The position numbers and the translations under genes were made by a program. A DNA stretch of 64,000 bases from the human T2T-CHM13v2.0 reference genome, Homo sapiens, in the NCBI RefSeq assembly GCF_009914755.1, contig NC_060931.1; one strand, 5' to 3'. Below the pieces are notes generated by a model. The model made no database searches, was not told the DNA's origin, and saw only the letters and a program-made list of their open reading frames with translations. Below are positions 43,016 through 56,799 of this stretch, piece after piece (within the stretch, counting starts at the first letter, position 1; each line of letters opens with the position of its first letter).

Positions 43016-44066
43016 CTAAAACACCAAAAGCAATGGCAACAAAAGCCAAAATAGACAAATGGTGTCTAATTAAACTAAAGAGCTTCTGCACAGCAGAACT
43101 ATTATCAGAGTGAACAGGCAAGTGAACCTACAGAATGGGAGAAAATTTTTGCAATCTAAACATCTGACAAAGGGCTAATATCCAGAATCTACAAAGAACT
43201 TAAACAAATTTACAAGAAAAAAACAACCCCATCAGAAAGTGGGCAAAGGATGTGAACAGACACTTCTCAAAACAAGACTTTTATGCAGCCCACAGACATA
43301 TGAAAAAATGCTCATCATCACTGGCCATCAGAGAAATGCAAATCAAAACCACAATGAGATACCATCTCATGCCCGTTAGAATGGTGATCATTAAAAACTC
43401 AGGAAACAACAGATGCTGGAGAGGATGTGGAGAAATAGGAACGCTTTTACACTGTTGGTGGGAGTGTAAATTAGTTCAACCATCATGGAAGACAGTGTGG
43501 TGATTCCTCAAGGATCTAAAACTAGAAATACCATTTGACCCAGCAATCCCATTACTGGGTATATACCCAAAGGATTATGAAATAATGCTACTACAAACAC
43601 ACATGCACACATATGTTTATTGTGGCATTATTCATAATAGCGAAGACTTGGAACCAACACAAATGTCCATGAATAATAGACTGGATAAAGAAAATGTGGC
43701 CCATATACACCATGGAATACTATGCAGCCATAAAAAAGGATGAGTTCATGTCCTTTGCAGGGACATGGATGAGGCTGGAAACCATCATTCTCAGCAAAAT
43801 ATCACAAGGACAGAAAACCAAACACCGCATGTTCTCAGTCACAAGTGGGAGTTGAACAATGAGAACACATGGACACAGGCAGGGGAACATTACACTCCAG
43901 GGCCTGTTGCAGGGTGGGGTGCTGGTGGAGGGGTAGCATTAGGAAAAATACCTAATGTAAATGACAAGTTGACATGTGCAGCAAACCAACATGGCACATG
44001 TATACCTATGTAACAAACCTGCAAGTTGTGCACATGTACCCTAGAATTTAAAGTATAATAAAAAAA
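43016..44066 (+). mobile_element. L1PA6/7-like 3' ~1 kb, inserted into an older L1ME remnant
   Basis: ORF2 C-terminus ([23 protein letters not shown]...[16 protein letters not shown]) plus 3' UTR and A-tail. Confidence 0.95.
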
Positions 44067-44454
44067 TTACACTACAAAATTTCCAAAAATAATGCAAGCT
44101 CAATGCAGAAAAACAGTACAATAAATAACAATTCAAAGTCAAAAAAATTCTGTCATGGTTCCCAACATACACATAGAAGGATGTTCACTGGCTCATCCTT
44201 GTAACAAGGAAAAACCGAAAAATAAAACAATTTCTTCCCTACTACCTTGAATAAAAAATGCTCAGTACGTTGCAGTAATAGGAAGAAGCCTTCATATACC
44301 CAGGCTTACACTGCTATGCCTATTTTTGTTAGCCTTGCTTCCAAAGATACAACAGCTGAAACCTGAAATATTGTTGATCCTTATGATTTTCTTTCACCAT
44401 CTTATCCAACACTTTTTTCTTCACTTGTCTTTTATTTATTTTAGCATCATCTAG

Positions 44455-44626
44455 CATATGTGCTCTCAACTTTGGCTACACATTAGAAACATCTGGGAAG
44501 ATTTTAAAATTAGCGGGTCTACCTTGGATGAATTAAATCAGAATTTGGGGGTTAGTATCCAAGAGTTGCTTTTTCAGAATGCTTGTCAAGTGATTTTAAT
44601 GTCTACCAGGGTGGAGGACCACTGGT
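44455..44626. mobile_element. MER5B-like MITE
   Basis: gctctcaactttggctacacattagaa...aattaaatcagaat...gaggaccactg. Confidence 0.7.
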
Positions 44627-45689
44627 CTTGGAATATAATCAGCATTGTGTTTTTACATTGCAAAGATAAATTCTTTAATAGACTTCCAATTAATTCCTAT
44701 CTATTCTGAAAGTTGAGAAGATGGTAAAATTTATTTTAGTTCCAGGAATCCTGCTGCTTGCCTCTTCCCATCTGCTCTATAGTTTTAACTCTGCTGATGT
44801 CAATCTAAGATATTTTGCTATAGAAACTTGTTACATTGCAGGTCTACAACAATTTTCACCCTGGGTGACCAGTCTCATGGCTTCAAGAGTTCTGAAGCCC
44901 ATACCCTTAGCCATTTCAACATTCTTCATAATACACTGTCAGGTCAGCACCAATGTGGTGATTAATTTTCTTCAGCCGCAGCATTCTGACTGGTTGCCAT
45001 TTTGTGATCTTGAGTGCCTTGTTAAACCGCATGTCTGTTGGGTAGTGGCACTTTTTTATTTCCCACAATGACTTGTTGAAAGAAACAGTAATCTTCACTG
45101 TTTTATGCCTGTTTCTTTTTTGGGATGACTTGTGGTAAAAAAAAAAAAAGAAAAAAAAAGAAAAAAAGTAATGACACTTTTTAAAAATTTGCATTTTTAT
45201 AAATTTTTTAAAACAAACTTGCCAGAACTTGAACATGAAAATGAGTATTTACATGTTAGGAGACTATACACTAATTCTACCCCTGTTTTTTATTTTAAAG
45301 AATTGCTTTTGGATTCAGTGGCACCTTTTTGGAACATCTACAATCATGGCGAAATTTCAACATTGGAGGCTGAGTTTGGCATGTGGAGACAGCCGCTAAA
45401 AGTTGTTCAGATCCAAATCTTATGAATATTTTGAGTTGCAAATTTAAAAAGTTAGTATCATTTGATTCAAAATAGAAGTGAGACTAAAAATAATAAAACT
45501 ATTTTCTTTGTGACTACACCTGGCTATAAGAGTAATTGACAAAAAATTTCTTTTTTTTTATAGCAGTTGGTAGCTACTCAGCTGTCAAATTATCCCTAGG
45601 TCTATAAAGCCCCATGTTTTGGCCTGGTCATCCCTGTTGTTATAGGTATCAGGTCATACAGATGGGAACATTGGTATGCAGCCAAGTGG

Positions 45690-45985
45690 TGAGCTTCTGG
45701 GTTAGGTAAGTTATTTAACCTCACTCGTCTGAACAGTCCTCATTTGTAAAATGGGAATAATAATGCTAATCGCATGAAAGTGCTGAGGATTAAATGAGAA
45801 AATATTTTTAAATGCTTTACCCCAAGGCTTCTTGCATTCTGATGTGTGTAGGACTCTCCTTTAGATCTTGTTAAAATGAAGTTTCTGATAAGCAGGCCTG
45901 GGTATGGCCTGAGATTGTGAGTGTCTAACAAGCTCCCAGGTGATACTGATGTTGCTGATCTACAGACCATAATTAGAGTAGTAAG
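45690..45985. mobile_element. MIR (+) followed by MER5A
   Basis: cctcatttgtaaaatgggaataataat, then tctaacaagctcccaggtgatactgatgttgctg. Confidence 0.7.
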
Positions 45986-48270
45986 GTGTTAGTCTAGCCT
46001 GGAGTAGGTAACTCAGTAACTCAAAAACGGTTTTCTTTTTTCTATACCTTCTTGGTTATTCAGGGGTTTGGAATTTGGTCAACAACCGCAAGCACTGATA
46101 CTACATGAGAGATCCTGGATACAGCCACAAAGAAAGTAACTCACAAAGCACGCATTAGAAATAGGATTAGCCTGCATGTTTATGAACTTCATGTTTTCAC
46201 TCAATCATAAAAATGTTCTTGGTTCCAATTGCCTGAACTTCCAGTCCAGGGGAAGGATAGACAGGCATCCAGGGCTATAGAATGGGTTGGGTGGAGAAGT
46301 GGGAACCAAAGTCTTTCTTATGTGGGAGTGGCCTTCAAAAGCAAGGGTCCCATGTGTCATTTCCATGGGAGTAAGCAAAGGAAAAAGAGCTGGGTCCCAA
46401 AGAACTAAACCAGGAGAAACAGGCTTTCAAAAGGTCAGGAGATTTAACTTCAAAATATGTGTTCAGTCAACTGCAAAAGAAGAGAGAGCCTTTAATGAAG
46501 TGGTTACAGGGGCATGTATAGACAGAGAAGAAGTTGGTTTTGTTAGGAAATTTATTTTATGGGCAGTTATAATGAAAATATAATCATTACCATTCCAAGT
46601 CAATAATGATATTCAGCAGTAGTCTTTGTCCTCCCTTCACTAAGTATTTCTGCTGACTATTAATCATTTCAAACACAATAAGATATAACCAATCCAAATA
46701 TGTTGAAAGAAAATTAAGTGCTACTCGGCTGTAAGTAGTATTCTGTTTGAGGGGACATGATGTCCAGCTAACAAGAACAACAGCATGCAATAGTCACTTT
46801 ATTTCTTTGTATCCGAACAGATAGTGTCACCTCACACTGCAAAACAGCTCCTCAAAAACTATCAAGAAACAGATGCTTTCTCAGTGGTGATTTGAGGCGT
46901 TCTTGTGAGTAGGCTTTTAGCAATCCTTGACATGGTAACTTCATCATTTTTCATGAAGCTTGAAAAATACTCTGTTATCCTTGAAGATTCTTAGTAGTGT
47001 CTCTCATGTCATGTTATTTCAAATCAATCATTACATATCCTGGAAACAGCCCCTCCATGAGGCTTTGAAGTAGTTTTGATCCAGTAGTAGTATTTCTACT
47101 GTAATAGAGATTGATAATACAGACCCTCCAGCCTCTTGGTGAACACTTTAAGTTGCTTTCTGATAATTCATGTAACACACAAAATATAAACACAGATACA
47201 CACACATGCCCTATAAACTTTCTGCCTTTGTGCTTGTCTTACTTGGATAATAGAGATGAGGTAAGTTTTTTTTTTTCCATTAATTCCTTCAATGTCTACA
47301 TTGTCCTGATTCATTGGATATTCACTCTATTCTTTCAGCGCACCCACTGAAGCACCCCCTGTGCTTTGTTTTTAGCTCCCTTTCTTATTAAAATGCAGTC
47401 TGGGTTTACCCATTGTTTTTACAGTTTACCTTATGAAGTAGAGAACTCATAAATGTTATTAGAAACCCTCCCAGAAAATAACTTCCAATAATATGATTCT
47501 TTTGATAATCAGATATCAAAGAATTAGCATTCTATCCTAAAAGCAGAATAGATTATGTATATTCTATATGTATAATTATTGAACTTAATTAGAATAAAAT
47601 GATGATCTAAGGCAATGAGAGGTCTTGAAATACCCTGATTCAAGGTAATGCTATAATTGTTCAGTGTACTTTGAAAGTCAAATATATTTTGAGTATGAGG
47701 GTCCTTTTAAAAGTGGTAATTTTGATGTGGAACATATCCCCCTGCCTTCTCTGAAATGTAAAAGTAGAAAATACAACAACAAAGACCTCAGAAGCTAAAA
47801 GAGAAAAGAAAAAAAGCCTATGCCTTGACTAGACCAGACACATTAACCACTACTAAACAAGCATTTTGTGGTGTAAACACCATTGAAACATCAGAACTAT
47901 GTTCTGTATGCTGGTTGTATATGTATATACTTCTCCATGTGAAGAAAATTTAGAAAACCTATGTTTTATTTCAACAAACACAACTGTCGAATGAGTTAAT
48001 GGGGCAGCCATTGTTCCAGGTAATGGGGAGATATTTACCCTCAAACGGGGAGAGAAATAGGCAAGCAAATAGACACTGAAGGTTAGCATTTAAGATTTTA
48101 CATATGTGAATTTCCGTTATAGATCTCCAGTCTCAAGTGATTTCCTCACTTGGATCTATTGCATCCATCAAACTAATCTACAAATAAGCAGACTTTTGCT
48201 TACATGGTGTTTGACTTCCAAATAGTAAAGGGTAAGACAATAATCTATTCAATACAATAATATCAAGGGT

Positions 48271-49706
48271 CGCTACCTGACTTCAAACTACACTACAAGG
48301 CTACAGTAATGAAAACAGCATGGTACTGGTACCAAAACAAATATACAGACAAATGGAACAGAACAGAGGCCTCAGAAATAAAGCCACACATCTAAAACCA
48401 TCTGATCCTTGACAAACCTGACAAAAGCAATGGGGAAAGGGTTTCCTATTTAATAAATGGTGTAGGGAAAACTAGCTAGCCATATGCAGAAAACTGAAAC
48501 TAGACTCCTTCCTTGCACCTTATACAAAAATTAACTCAAGATCAAATTAACTTAAGTTTAAAGACTTAAACCTAAGACCTAAAACCATGAAAACCGTAGA
48601 AGAAAACCTAGGCAATACCATTCAGGACATAGGCATGGGCAAAGACTTCATGATAAAACACCAAAAGCAATAGCAACAAAAGTCAAAATTGACAAATGGG
48701 TTCTAATTAAACTAAAGAGCTTCTGCACAGCAGAAGAAACTATCATCAGAGTGAACAGGCAACCTACAGAATGGGAGAAGATTTTTGCAATCTAACCATC
48801 TGACAAAGGGCTAATATCCAGAATCTACAAAGAACTTAAACAAATTTACAAGGGAAAAAAAAAACACCCCATCAAAAAGTGGGCAAAGGATATGAACAGA
48901 CACTTCTCAGAGGAAGACATTTATGCGGTCAACAAACATATGAAAAAAAGCTCATCATCACTGGTCATCAGAGAAATGCGAATCAAAACCACAATGAGAT
49001 ACCATCTCATGCCCGTTAGAATGGCGATCATTAAAAAGTCAAGAAACAACAGATGCTGGAGAGGATGTGGAGAAATAGGAACACTTTTACACTGTTGGTG
49101 GGAGTGTAAATTAGTTCAACCATTATGGAAAATAGTGTGGTGATTCCTCAAGGATCTAGAACCAGAAGTACCATTTGACCCAGCAATCCCATTACTGGGT
49201 ATAAACCCAAAGGATTATAAATCATTCTACTATAAAGATATATGCACATGTATGTTTATTGGAGCACTGTTCACAATAGCAAAGACTTGGAACCAACCCA
49301 AATGCCCATCAGTGTAGACTGGATAAAGAAAATGTGGCACATATACATTATGGAATACTATCCAGACATAGAAAAGGATGAGTTCATGTCCTTTGCAGGG
49401 ACATGGATGAAGCTGGAAACCATCTTTCTCAGCAAACTAACACAGGAACAGAAAACCAAACACTGCATGTTCTCACTCATAAGTGGGAGTTGAATAATGA
49501 GAACACATGGACACAGGGAGGGGGACATCACACACTGGGGCCTGTCAGGGGTTTGGGGGCTAGGGGAGGGATAGCATTAGGAGAAATACCTAATGTAGTT
49601 GATGGGTGCTGCAAACCACCATGGCATGTGTACACCTATGTAATAAACCTGCATGTTCTGCACCTGTATCTCAGAACTTGAAGTATGATAAAAAAAAAAA
49701 AAAAAA
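48271..49706 (+). mobile_element. L1PA7/8-like 3' 1.4 kb
   Basis: ctacctgacttcaaactacactacaaggctacag through the ORF2 C-terminus, 3' UTR and A-tail. Confidence 0.95.
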
Positions 49707-50044
49707 ACAAGGATAAAGAATATTTAATCAGTTCAGTCTCTGAATCTTCCCATACCACTTGTCCATCCTCATTAGACTTTTAGTACTCTGAGGTCAAAAG
49801 ATTCTTTTTATTTATCTTTGAATAAATGCAAGGAATGTGCAAGAGATAGTTATAAAATAAATGAGGAAGTATTCAATAATGAATATTGCTCCTTACAGTG
49901 ATACCCTGAAAATTACAAGAAATTGTTCAGCTGGGAAGGCAAAATAATAGTATTTTAGCAACAATGGTTAAAACTAGGATGTTTAATTATCCAGAATTAT
50001 CCTAAATCCCTAGGATTAAGGTTAATAGCACTTACTTTGTGTAT

Positions 50045-50290
50045 CTGCATAGAAATAAAGAGCATGAATTCTTGAGACAGCTGCCTGGGTACAAACCCTG
50101 GCTCTATCACTTACTAGCTGGGCAAGCTTGGACAAATTTCTTACTCTGTGTTTCAGTTACTTTAGCTGTAAAACTGGGATAACATACTACCTTCCTCATA
50201 TGAGGAATTATGAGGATTAAATTGGTAACATTTATAAATTGCCTAAAATAGTATGTGGCACACAGTGAATATTATTTAAATTATGTTAAA
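50045..50290 (+). mobile_element. MIRb
   Basis: ctgcctgggtacaaaccctggctctatcacttactagctg core. Confidence 0.8.
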
Positions 50291-50299
50291 TAGATATAT

Positions 50300-50550
50300 C
50301 AGCACCTCCCAACCTGAGTCTTGAATGAACCTGGTCCCACAAGATGCTCTCTATAATTACATATCAAATAGGTTTGGGGAATGTTGCATTTTCTGGAGTC
50401 ATAATATAAATTTATAAAGTTTTGAAAGGTCATATAGCCAGAAATTCTTGTTTAAATGTAATTATGCCAACGTTTCCCAAGTTGAGTTCTGTGCTTAAAC
50501 ACTTTTCCCCTACCTAACAGATGTTACTAGCCCATAGCCCCATTTCGAGT
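50300..50550 (+). mobile_element. MER103C-like
   Basis: gtcccacaagatgctc...tcaaataggtttggggaatgttgca...cgtttcccaag. Confidence 0.55.
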
Positions 50551-50612
50551 TAATACAATTTTAATTGTTTACCTGTTACTACTCTTTGTAATTATTTGTG
50601 TGTACTTTTACA

Positions 50613-50618
<6 letters not shown>

Positions 50619-50656
<38 letters not shown>
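50619..50656. repeat. (TA)19 microsatellite
   Basis: Read directly from the sequence. Confidence 0.97.
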
Positions 50657-50657
<1 letters not shown>

Positions 50658-50914
50658 CATATATTTTGCATCGCAACTGGAACGAGGTTACAAATTGAGA
50701 TTTTAATAACATTTGTATTTATTGCTCTACTGCTCTCTTGTTCTCTGTTTTGTCAGAATTCCTATACAGGGTTTCACATAAATACCAAGTGTGCTGATTT
50801 CAATGTAATAGAAAAATGTTATTTAAAACAACAAATTCAAGACCTGTGCCTTGAACGGGTCTGTTTTAGCTGCTACAAAGCCTCTAGCCACACCCATAAA
50901 AATGCTGTTTCAGG

Positions 50915-51060
50915 ATAAATGCTTGAGGTGATAGAAACCTCATTTACCCTGATGTGACTTTTATATATCGCATGCCCGTAACAAAATATCTTGTGTATAC
51001 CATAAATATAATATACCTACTCTGTGCCCACAAAAATTAAAAATTTTAAAAAGAAATTTT
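50915..51060 (+). mobile_element. Very short L1MA2/3-like 3' end
   Basis: ataaatgcttgaggtgat...tacctactctgtgcccacaaaaatt. TSD-like aaaaatgctgtttcagg / aaaaatgccattcagg. Confidence 0.8.
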
Positions 51061-51309
51061 AAAAATGCCATTCAGGCAGAAAAAGGCTAAAAAAGTGATA
51101 GTATTACTAAAACGCAAGACAACGGAAAACCTATTGTCAAAACCTGGAAAATTCTCCTTTCAGTTATCAAGGCCCTGAGGCTGACTTTGTCACCTCCAAT
51201 ATGATCTACCTCAGCATGGAAGGGAATCCCCTGACCGAAAAGGAGTCGGTAGAAGCTTCATCATTCTCTCCTTTCTTTCCTACCATGCAATCTCAGCCTT
51301 GGCTTATAC

Positions 51310-51341
<32 letters not shown>

Positions 51342-51395
51342 ACAAACAAAAAAAAACAACCAAAAAAAAAAAAAAAAAAAAACCACCAGAAAAAA
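51310..51395. repeat. (CAAAA)n / poly(A) simple repeat
   Basis: Read directly from the sequence. Confidence 0.9.
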
Positions 51396-51606
51396 ATGCA
51401 GGTAACCTGCTCTTACAGCATAGAGAATACGTCTGAAACAGCCAGGAAATGTCTCTCATATCCTTCAGGGCGGCATCACCAGAAGGGAATGAGCAGTAAG
51501 TTTGCCCCTTTCCATGCACAGACTCCAATATGTATAGCAATTTAAACAATAATAAAAGGAGCATCACAAATCAGAGAAGATATGTGTTTAGAAAGAAAAG
51601 AGGTTT

Positions 51607-51976
<370 letters not shown>

Positions 51977-52179
51977 CTATACATCAAAACACATTACAAA
52001 AAACAGCCTAAGAGGCTGTCCATTATACTAGAGTGGTCAAAAACAAGGACTTATGTACCTGACAGACTTGGGATTGATTCCTGACTCCATCTTTTCCTAA
52101 CTGTGTTGCTTTAGGCAAGTTACATGAATTCTGGACCTCTGTGTCTTCTCAGGTACAATGAATAGAATGGTATTTTTCT

Positions 52180-52730
52180 CATTGGAATCAACCTAAGTGT
52201 CCATCAACAGATGAATGGATAAAGAAAATGTTGGGTATCCATATACAATGAAATGTTATTCATCCTTTAAAAAGTAGATCCTTGCATTTGCAACAACATG
52301 GATGGACCTGGAGGACATTATGCTAAGTGAAATAAGCCACACACAGAAAGAAAATTACTACATGATATCTAGAGTCTTAAAAAGTCTAATACACAGAAAC
52401 AGAGAGTAGAACAGTGGTTCTACTCTACCAGGGGCAGGGTACTGGGGGAAATGGGGAGATGCTGGTCAAAGAGTACAAAGTTGCAGTTATGTAAAATGTA
52501 AATCTAGAGATCTAATGTACAGCATGAGAACTAATTTGCTAGAGAGTAGACTTCAGGTGCTCTCACCAGAGAAAAAGTAAGCAAGGAGATGAACATATTT
52601 GACTGCTATAATTTCACAATGTATATCAAAACATTATACACCTAAATATATACAATTAAAAATAATCACGTTTTACATCTTAAGTATATATAATTTTATT
52701 TGCCAATTATACTTCAATGAAATAAAAAAA
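52180..52730 (+). mobile_element. L1MA9/10-like 3' end, preceded by a MIR (52030-52180)
   Basis: ggaatcaacctaagtgtccatcaacagatgaatggataaag...gtacaaagttgcagttatg. Confidence 0.85.
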
Positions 52731-52734
52731 TAAG

Positions 52735-53895
52735 TTTAAAATTTATGATATGCAAAAAACACTGTCAAGAGGATGAAAAGACAAGCCACAGACTGAGAGA
52801 AAATATTGGCAAAAAGTGTATATGATAAATAACTGTTATTTAAAATATACAAAGAACTCTTAAAACTCAACAATAAGAAAACATAAAACCCAGTATAAAA
52901 AAAAAAAAAAAGGAAATAGGCCAAACACATTAACAGATACCTCTTCAAGAAGATACAGGAGATGGCAAATAAGAATATCAAATGATGATCCATATCATAT
53001 GTCATCAGGGCAAAGCAAGTTAAAATAACAATGAGATACTACTACATGTCTATTAGAATGGCCAAAATCCAGAACACAGACAACAAATGCTGCAAGGATG
53101 TGGAGTAAAAGGAACTCTTATTCATTGCTGGTGGGAATGCAAAATTGTACAGCTAGTTTGGAAGAGTTTGGCAGTTTCTAATGATACTAAACGTACTCTT
53201 AGCATGTGATCTAGCAATTACACTCCTTGATATTTATCCAAAGGAGCTGAAAACATGTCCACACAAAAACCTGCATGTGGATGTTTGTAGAATCTTTATT
53301 CACAATTGCCAAAACTTGGAAGCAACCAAGATGTCCTTTAGTAGGTAAATGGATAAACTGTGGCACATCCAAAAAATGAAATATTTAGTGCTAAAAAGAA
53401 ATGAGCTGTCTGAAAAGATATGAAGGAAATTTAAATGCACATTACTAAGTGAAAGATGCCAATGTGAAAAGGCTACATACTGTATGATTCCAACTATATG
53501 GTATTTGGGAAAGGCAAAAGTTTGGCGACTTTAAGAAGATCAGTGATTGCCAGGGATTGGGAAAAGGAAGGCATAAATAGGCAGAGCATATGTGATTTTT
53601 AGAGCAGTGAAACTGCACTGTATGATGCTATAATGGTGAATACGTGGTTACTATACATTTGTCCAGACTCATAGAATATACAACACCAAGAGAGAACCCT
53701 ATGTAAACTATGATCTCTGAGTGATAATGTACGTGTTCAGCAATTATAACAAATGTATCCCTCCAGTGGGTGACGTTAATCATGGTGGAGGGCTATGCAT
53801 ATATGAAGGTGGAGGGTATATAAGAAATCTCTGTACCTTCTGCTCAACTTCACTGTGAACCTAAAACTACTCTAAAAATTAAGTCTATTAAAAAA
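52735..53895 (+). mobile_element. L1MC1-like 3' portion
   Basis: 3' UTR atacatttgtccagactcatagaa...ctgtgaacctaaaactactctaaaaa. Confidence 0.85.
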
Positions 53896-53912
53896 AAGAA
53901 ATCAAACAACCA

Positions 53913-55790
53913 ATTGGAAAGTGCTCATTCCTTTTCTATTTTCTGAAGGAGATTGTGCAGAACTGATATTAATCCTTCTTTAAATATTTCATAGATTTCT
54001 CCATGAAACTATTTTAACTCTTGGAGGTAATCTTTTCAGGAGTTTTTGTACTACAAGTTCAATTACACAGAATAGAGAACAAAAATATGTCCAATAAATT
54101 TTTGACACAGGTGCAAACACAATTAAATGAAAGGAAGAGCTTTTTCAACAAATGGTGCTTGAGCAACTGAATATCCATAGGCAAAAAGTGGTTTTTAAAA
54201 AACGACTTTGGCCTTAACCTCACGCATTTTACAAAAATTAACTCAAATGGATTATGGACTTAAATGTAAAATGTAAAACTATAAACCTCTTAGAAGAAAA
54301 TCTTTGGGATCTAGGACTAGGCAGAATTCTTAGACTTGACACCAAAAGCACAACCCATAGAAGGGAAAATTGATAAACTGGGCTTCATATAATTAAGATC
54401 ATTTGCTGTATGAAAGACTCTGTTAAGAGCACGAAAAGACAAAATACGGCCTGGGAAAAAATATTTGCATATCACCACATATCTGACAAAGGACTTTTAT
54501 CTAGAAAAATAAAGAACTCAAAACTCAACAACAAAATATCCAAATAACCCCCTGGTCAAACGGGCAAATGACAGCAAGAGTAAGTGGATATACGGATGGC
54601 AAATAAGCACATACAATAATGTTCAACATCATTAGCCATTACAGCATTACAAATTAGTACCACAATGAGATATTACTATACACCTATCACGACAGCTAAA
54701 ATAAAAAATAGTGACAATGCAAAATTGTGGAGAACCTGGATCACTCATAGATTAGTCGTGGGATGTATAATGGTACAGTCACTATGGAAAACAAATTGAT
54801 CGTTCTCTAAACAAACAAACAAACAAAGTTAAACATACAACTACCACAAAAGCCAGTAATTGCACTGTTGGGCATTTATCCCAGGGAAATGACAAGTTAT
54901 ATTCACACAAAAACCTGCACATGTTATAGCACCTTTATTTGTAATAACCCCAAACTAGAAACAACCTAGACGTCTGTCCTTCAAGAGGGAATGCTTAAAC
55001 GAACTATGGTACAACCATACCATGAAATACTAATTAGCAATGAAAAGAAACAAGCTATTAAAAACCTGTAAGAATAGGCCGGGCGCGGTGACTCACGCCT
55101 GTAATTCAGCACTTTGGGAGGCCGAGGCAGGCGGATCACGAGGTCAGGAGATTGAGACCATCCTGGTTAACATGATGAAACCCCATCTCTATTAAAAATA
55201 CAAAAATTTTAGCTGGGTGTGGTGGTGTGCACTTGTAGTCCCAGCTTCTTGAACCCGGGAGGTGAAGGTTGCAGTGAGCCGAGATCGTGCCACTGCACTC
55301 CAGCCTGGGCAACAAAGTGAGACTTCATCTCAAAAAAAAAAAAAAAAAAAAAAAAAAGCAAAACAAAACAAAACAAAGAAAACCCTGTAAGAATCTAGAT
55401 GAATCACCAGAGAATTATGCCAAATGAAAAAAACTGAACCCCAAAAGCTTGCCTACTGTATGATTTCATTTATATGACATTCTTGACATGAAAAAATTAT
55501 AGAAATGGAGAACAGATTACTTGTTGCCAAGGGTAAAGGAGAGGATGCAGGTGGTAGGGAAATATGGTGGCTATAAAAGGACAACATGGGATCTTCATGA
55601 TGAAAAACATGTTCTGTATCTTGACTCTGCCAAGGTCAATATCTTGGTTGTGATATTGTACTATTGTTTTGCAAGATGTTATCTTTGTGGACAACTGGGT
55701 AAAGGATAAGTAGGATCCCTCTGTATGATGTCATACAACTACATGAGAATCTCCAATTATCTCAAAATAAAAGGTTCAATTTTAAAAAAG
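53913..55790 (+). mobile_element. L1MD-like 3' portion with a short antisense L1 piece at its 5' edge (53913-54063), split by an Alu
   Basis: ORF2-like body and 3' UTR gtcaatatcttggttgtgatattgtactat...ttatctcaaaataaaagg. Confidence 0.8.
55077..55378 (+). mobile_element. AluSc-like with a ~26-bp right-arm deletion
   Basis: Junction tcccagcttcttgaaccc. TSD aaaaacctgtaagaat / aaaaccctgtaagaat. Confidence 0.93.
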
Positions 55791-55826
55791 TTAACTGAAG
55801 GTAGTATTTAACAATGACCCTATTTT

Positions 55827-56198
55827 CACCATGGAATACTATGCAGCCATAAAAAACGATGAGTTCGTGTCCTTTTAGGGGCATGGATGAAGCTGGAAAC
55901 CATCATTCTCAGCAAACTATTGCAAGGACAAAAAACCAAACACTGCATGTTCTTACTCATAGGTGGGAATTGAACAATGAGAACACTTGGACACAGGAAG
56001 GGGAACATCACACACTGGGTCCTGTTGTGGGGTGGGGGGAGGTGGGAGGGATAGCATTAGGAGATATACCTAATGTAAATGACGAGTTAATGGGTGCAGC
56101 ACACCAACATAGCACATGTATACATATGTAACAAACCTGCACGTTGTACACATGTACCCTAGAACTTAAAGTATAATAATAAAAATAATAAAAAAAAA
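55827..56198 (+). mobile_element. L1PA4/5-like 3' end
   Basis: caccatggaatactatgcagcc...gtaccctagaacttaaagtataat. Flanks share gaccctatt. Confidence 0.93.
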
Positions 56199-56799
56199 GA
56201 CCCTATTCTTTTCATTTGTGGCAAGTATACCTCTTTAATATGCCAATGTTAACTTTTCTTAAGACAACATTATCTTAGGAAATTAGCATTAACCCTAAAC
56301 TTACTTGAACTATTTTATAGTGCTTCTCATGAAAATATCAACTCGATTCACAGAAGTCTTTAAGAGGAAAATGCCTAATATCAGAGGAAATGAAGTGCTA
56401 AAAGCTCAATTAAATTAAATATTAAATAATGCTCACAGAAGATTATGGATTCAAAAGAAGGCAACTATTTCAAACAAAAAAAGGAACATTTAAGAAGTAA
56501 TGAAGAAATAACATGCTATAAATGATATGACATATTGGTGGCATTTTTAAAACCCGCTTAAGTAAAATGGGTATATTCCATTTCTAAATGCTTTAGGAAC
56601 TTGAATATCTTTTTACTTAGAACATTTCTCCATGTTAACCTTGCTTAAAATACATTAACATGCCCTAATTTCCACCTCCCCACTGTAATTGTCTCTCTCC
56701 TCATAAAAATATATGTAGACATATTTTAAAATATATTCACTATTTACATTTTCCAATTGTCTGTTCATTCTTTTCAACCTGATGATTCCTGTCTTCATA

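Noticed and set aside
51310-51395. A-rich tract as the tail of a hidden retrocopy, or as the pyrimidine tract of a cryptic exon
   Set aside because: No TSD or poly(A) signal upstream, and only weak donors on the minus strand. Treated as a simple repeat.
53913-54063. Second 5'-inverted L1
   Set aside because: An antisense piece abuts a sense L1MD, but I could not find a TSD, so a single insertion event is unsupported.
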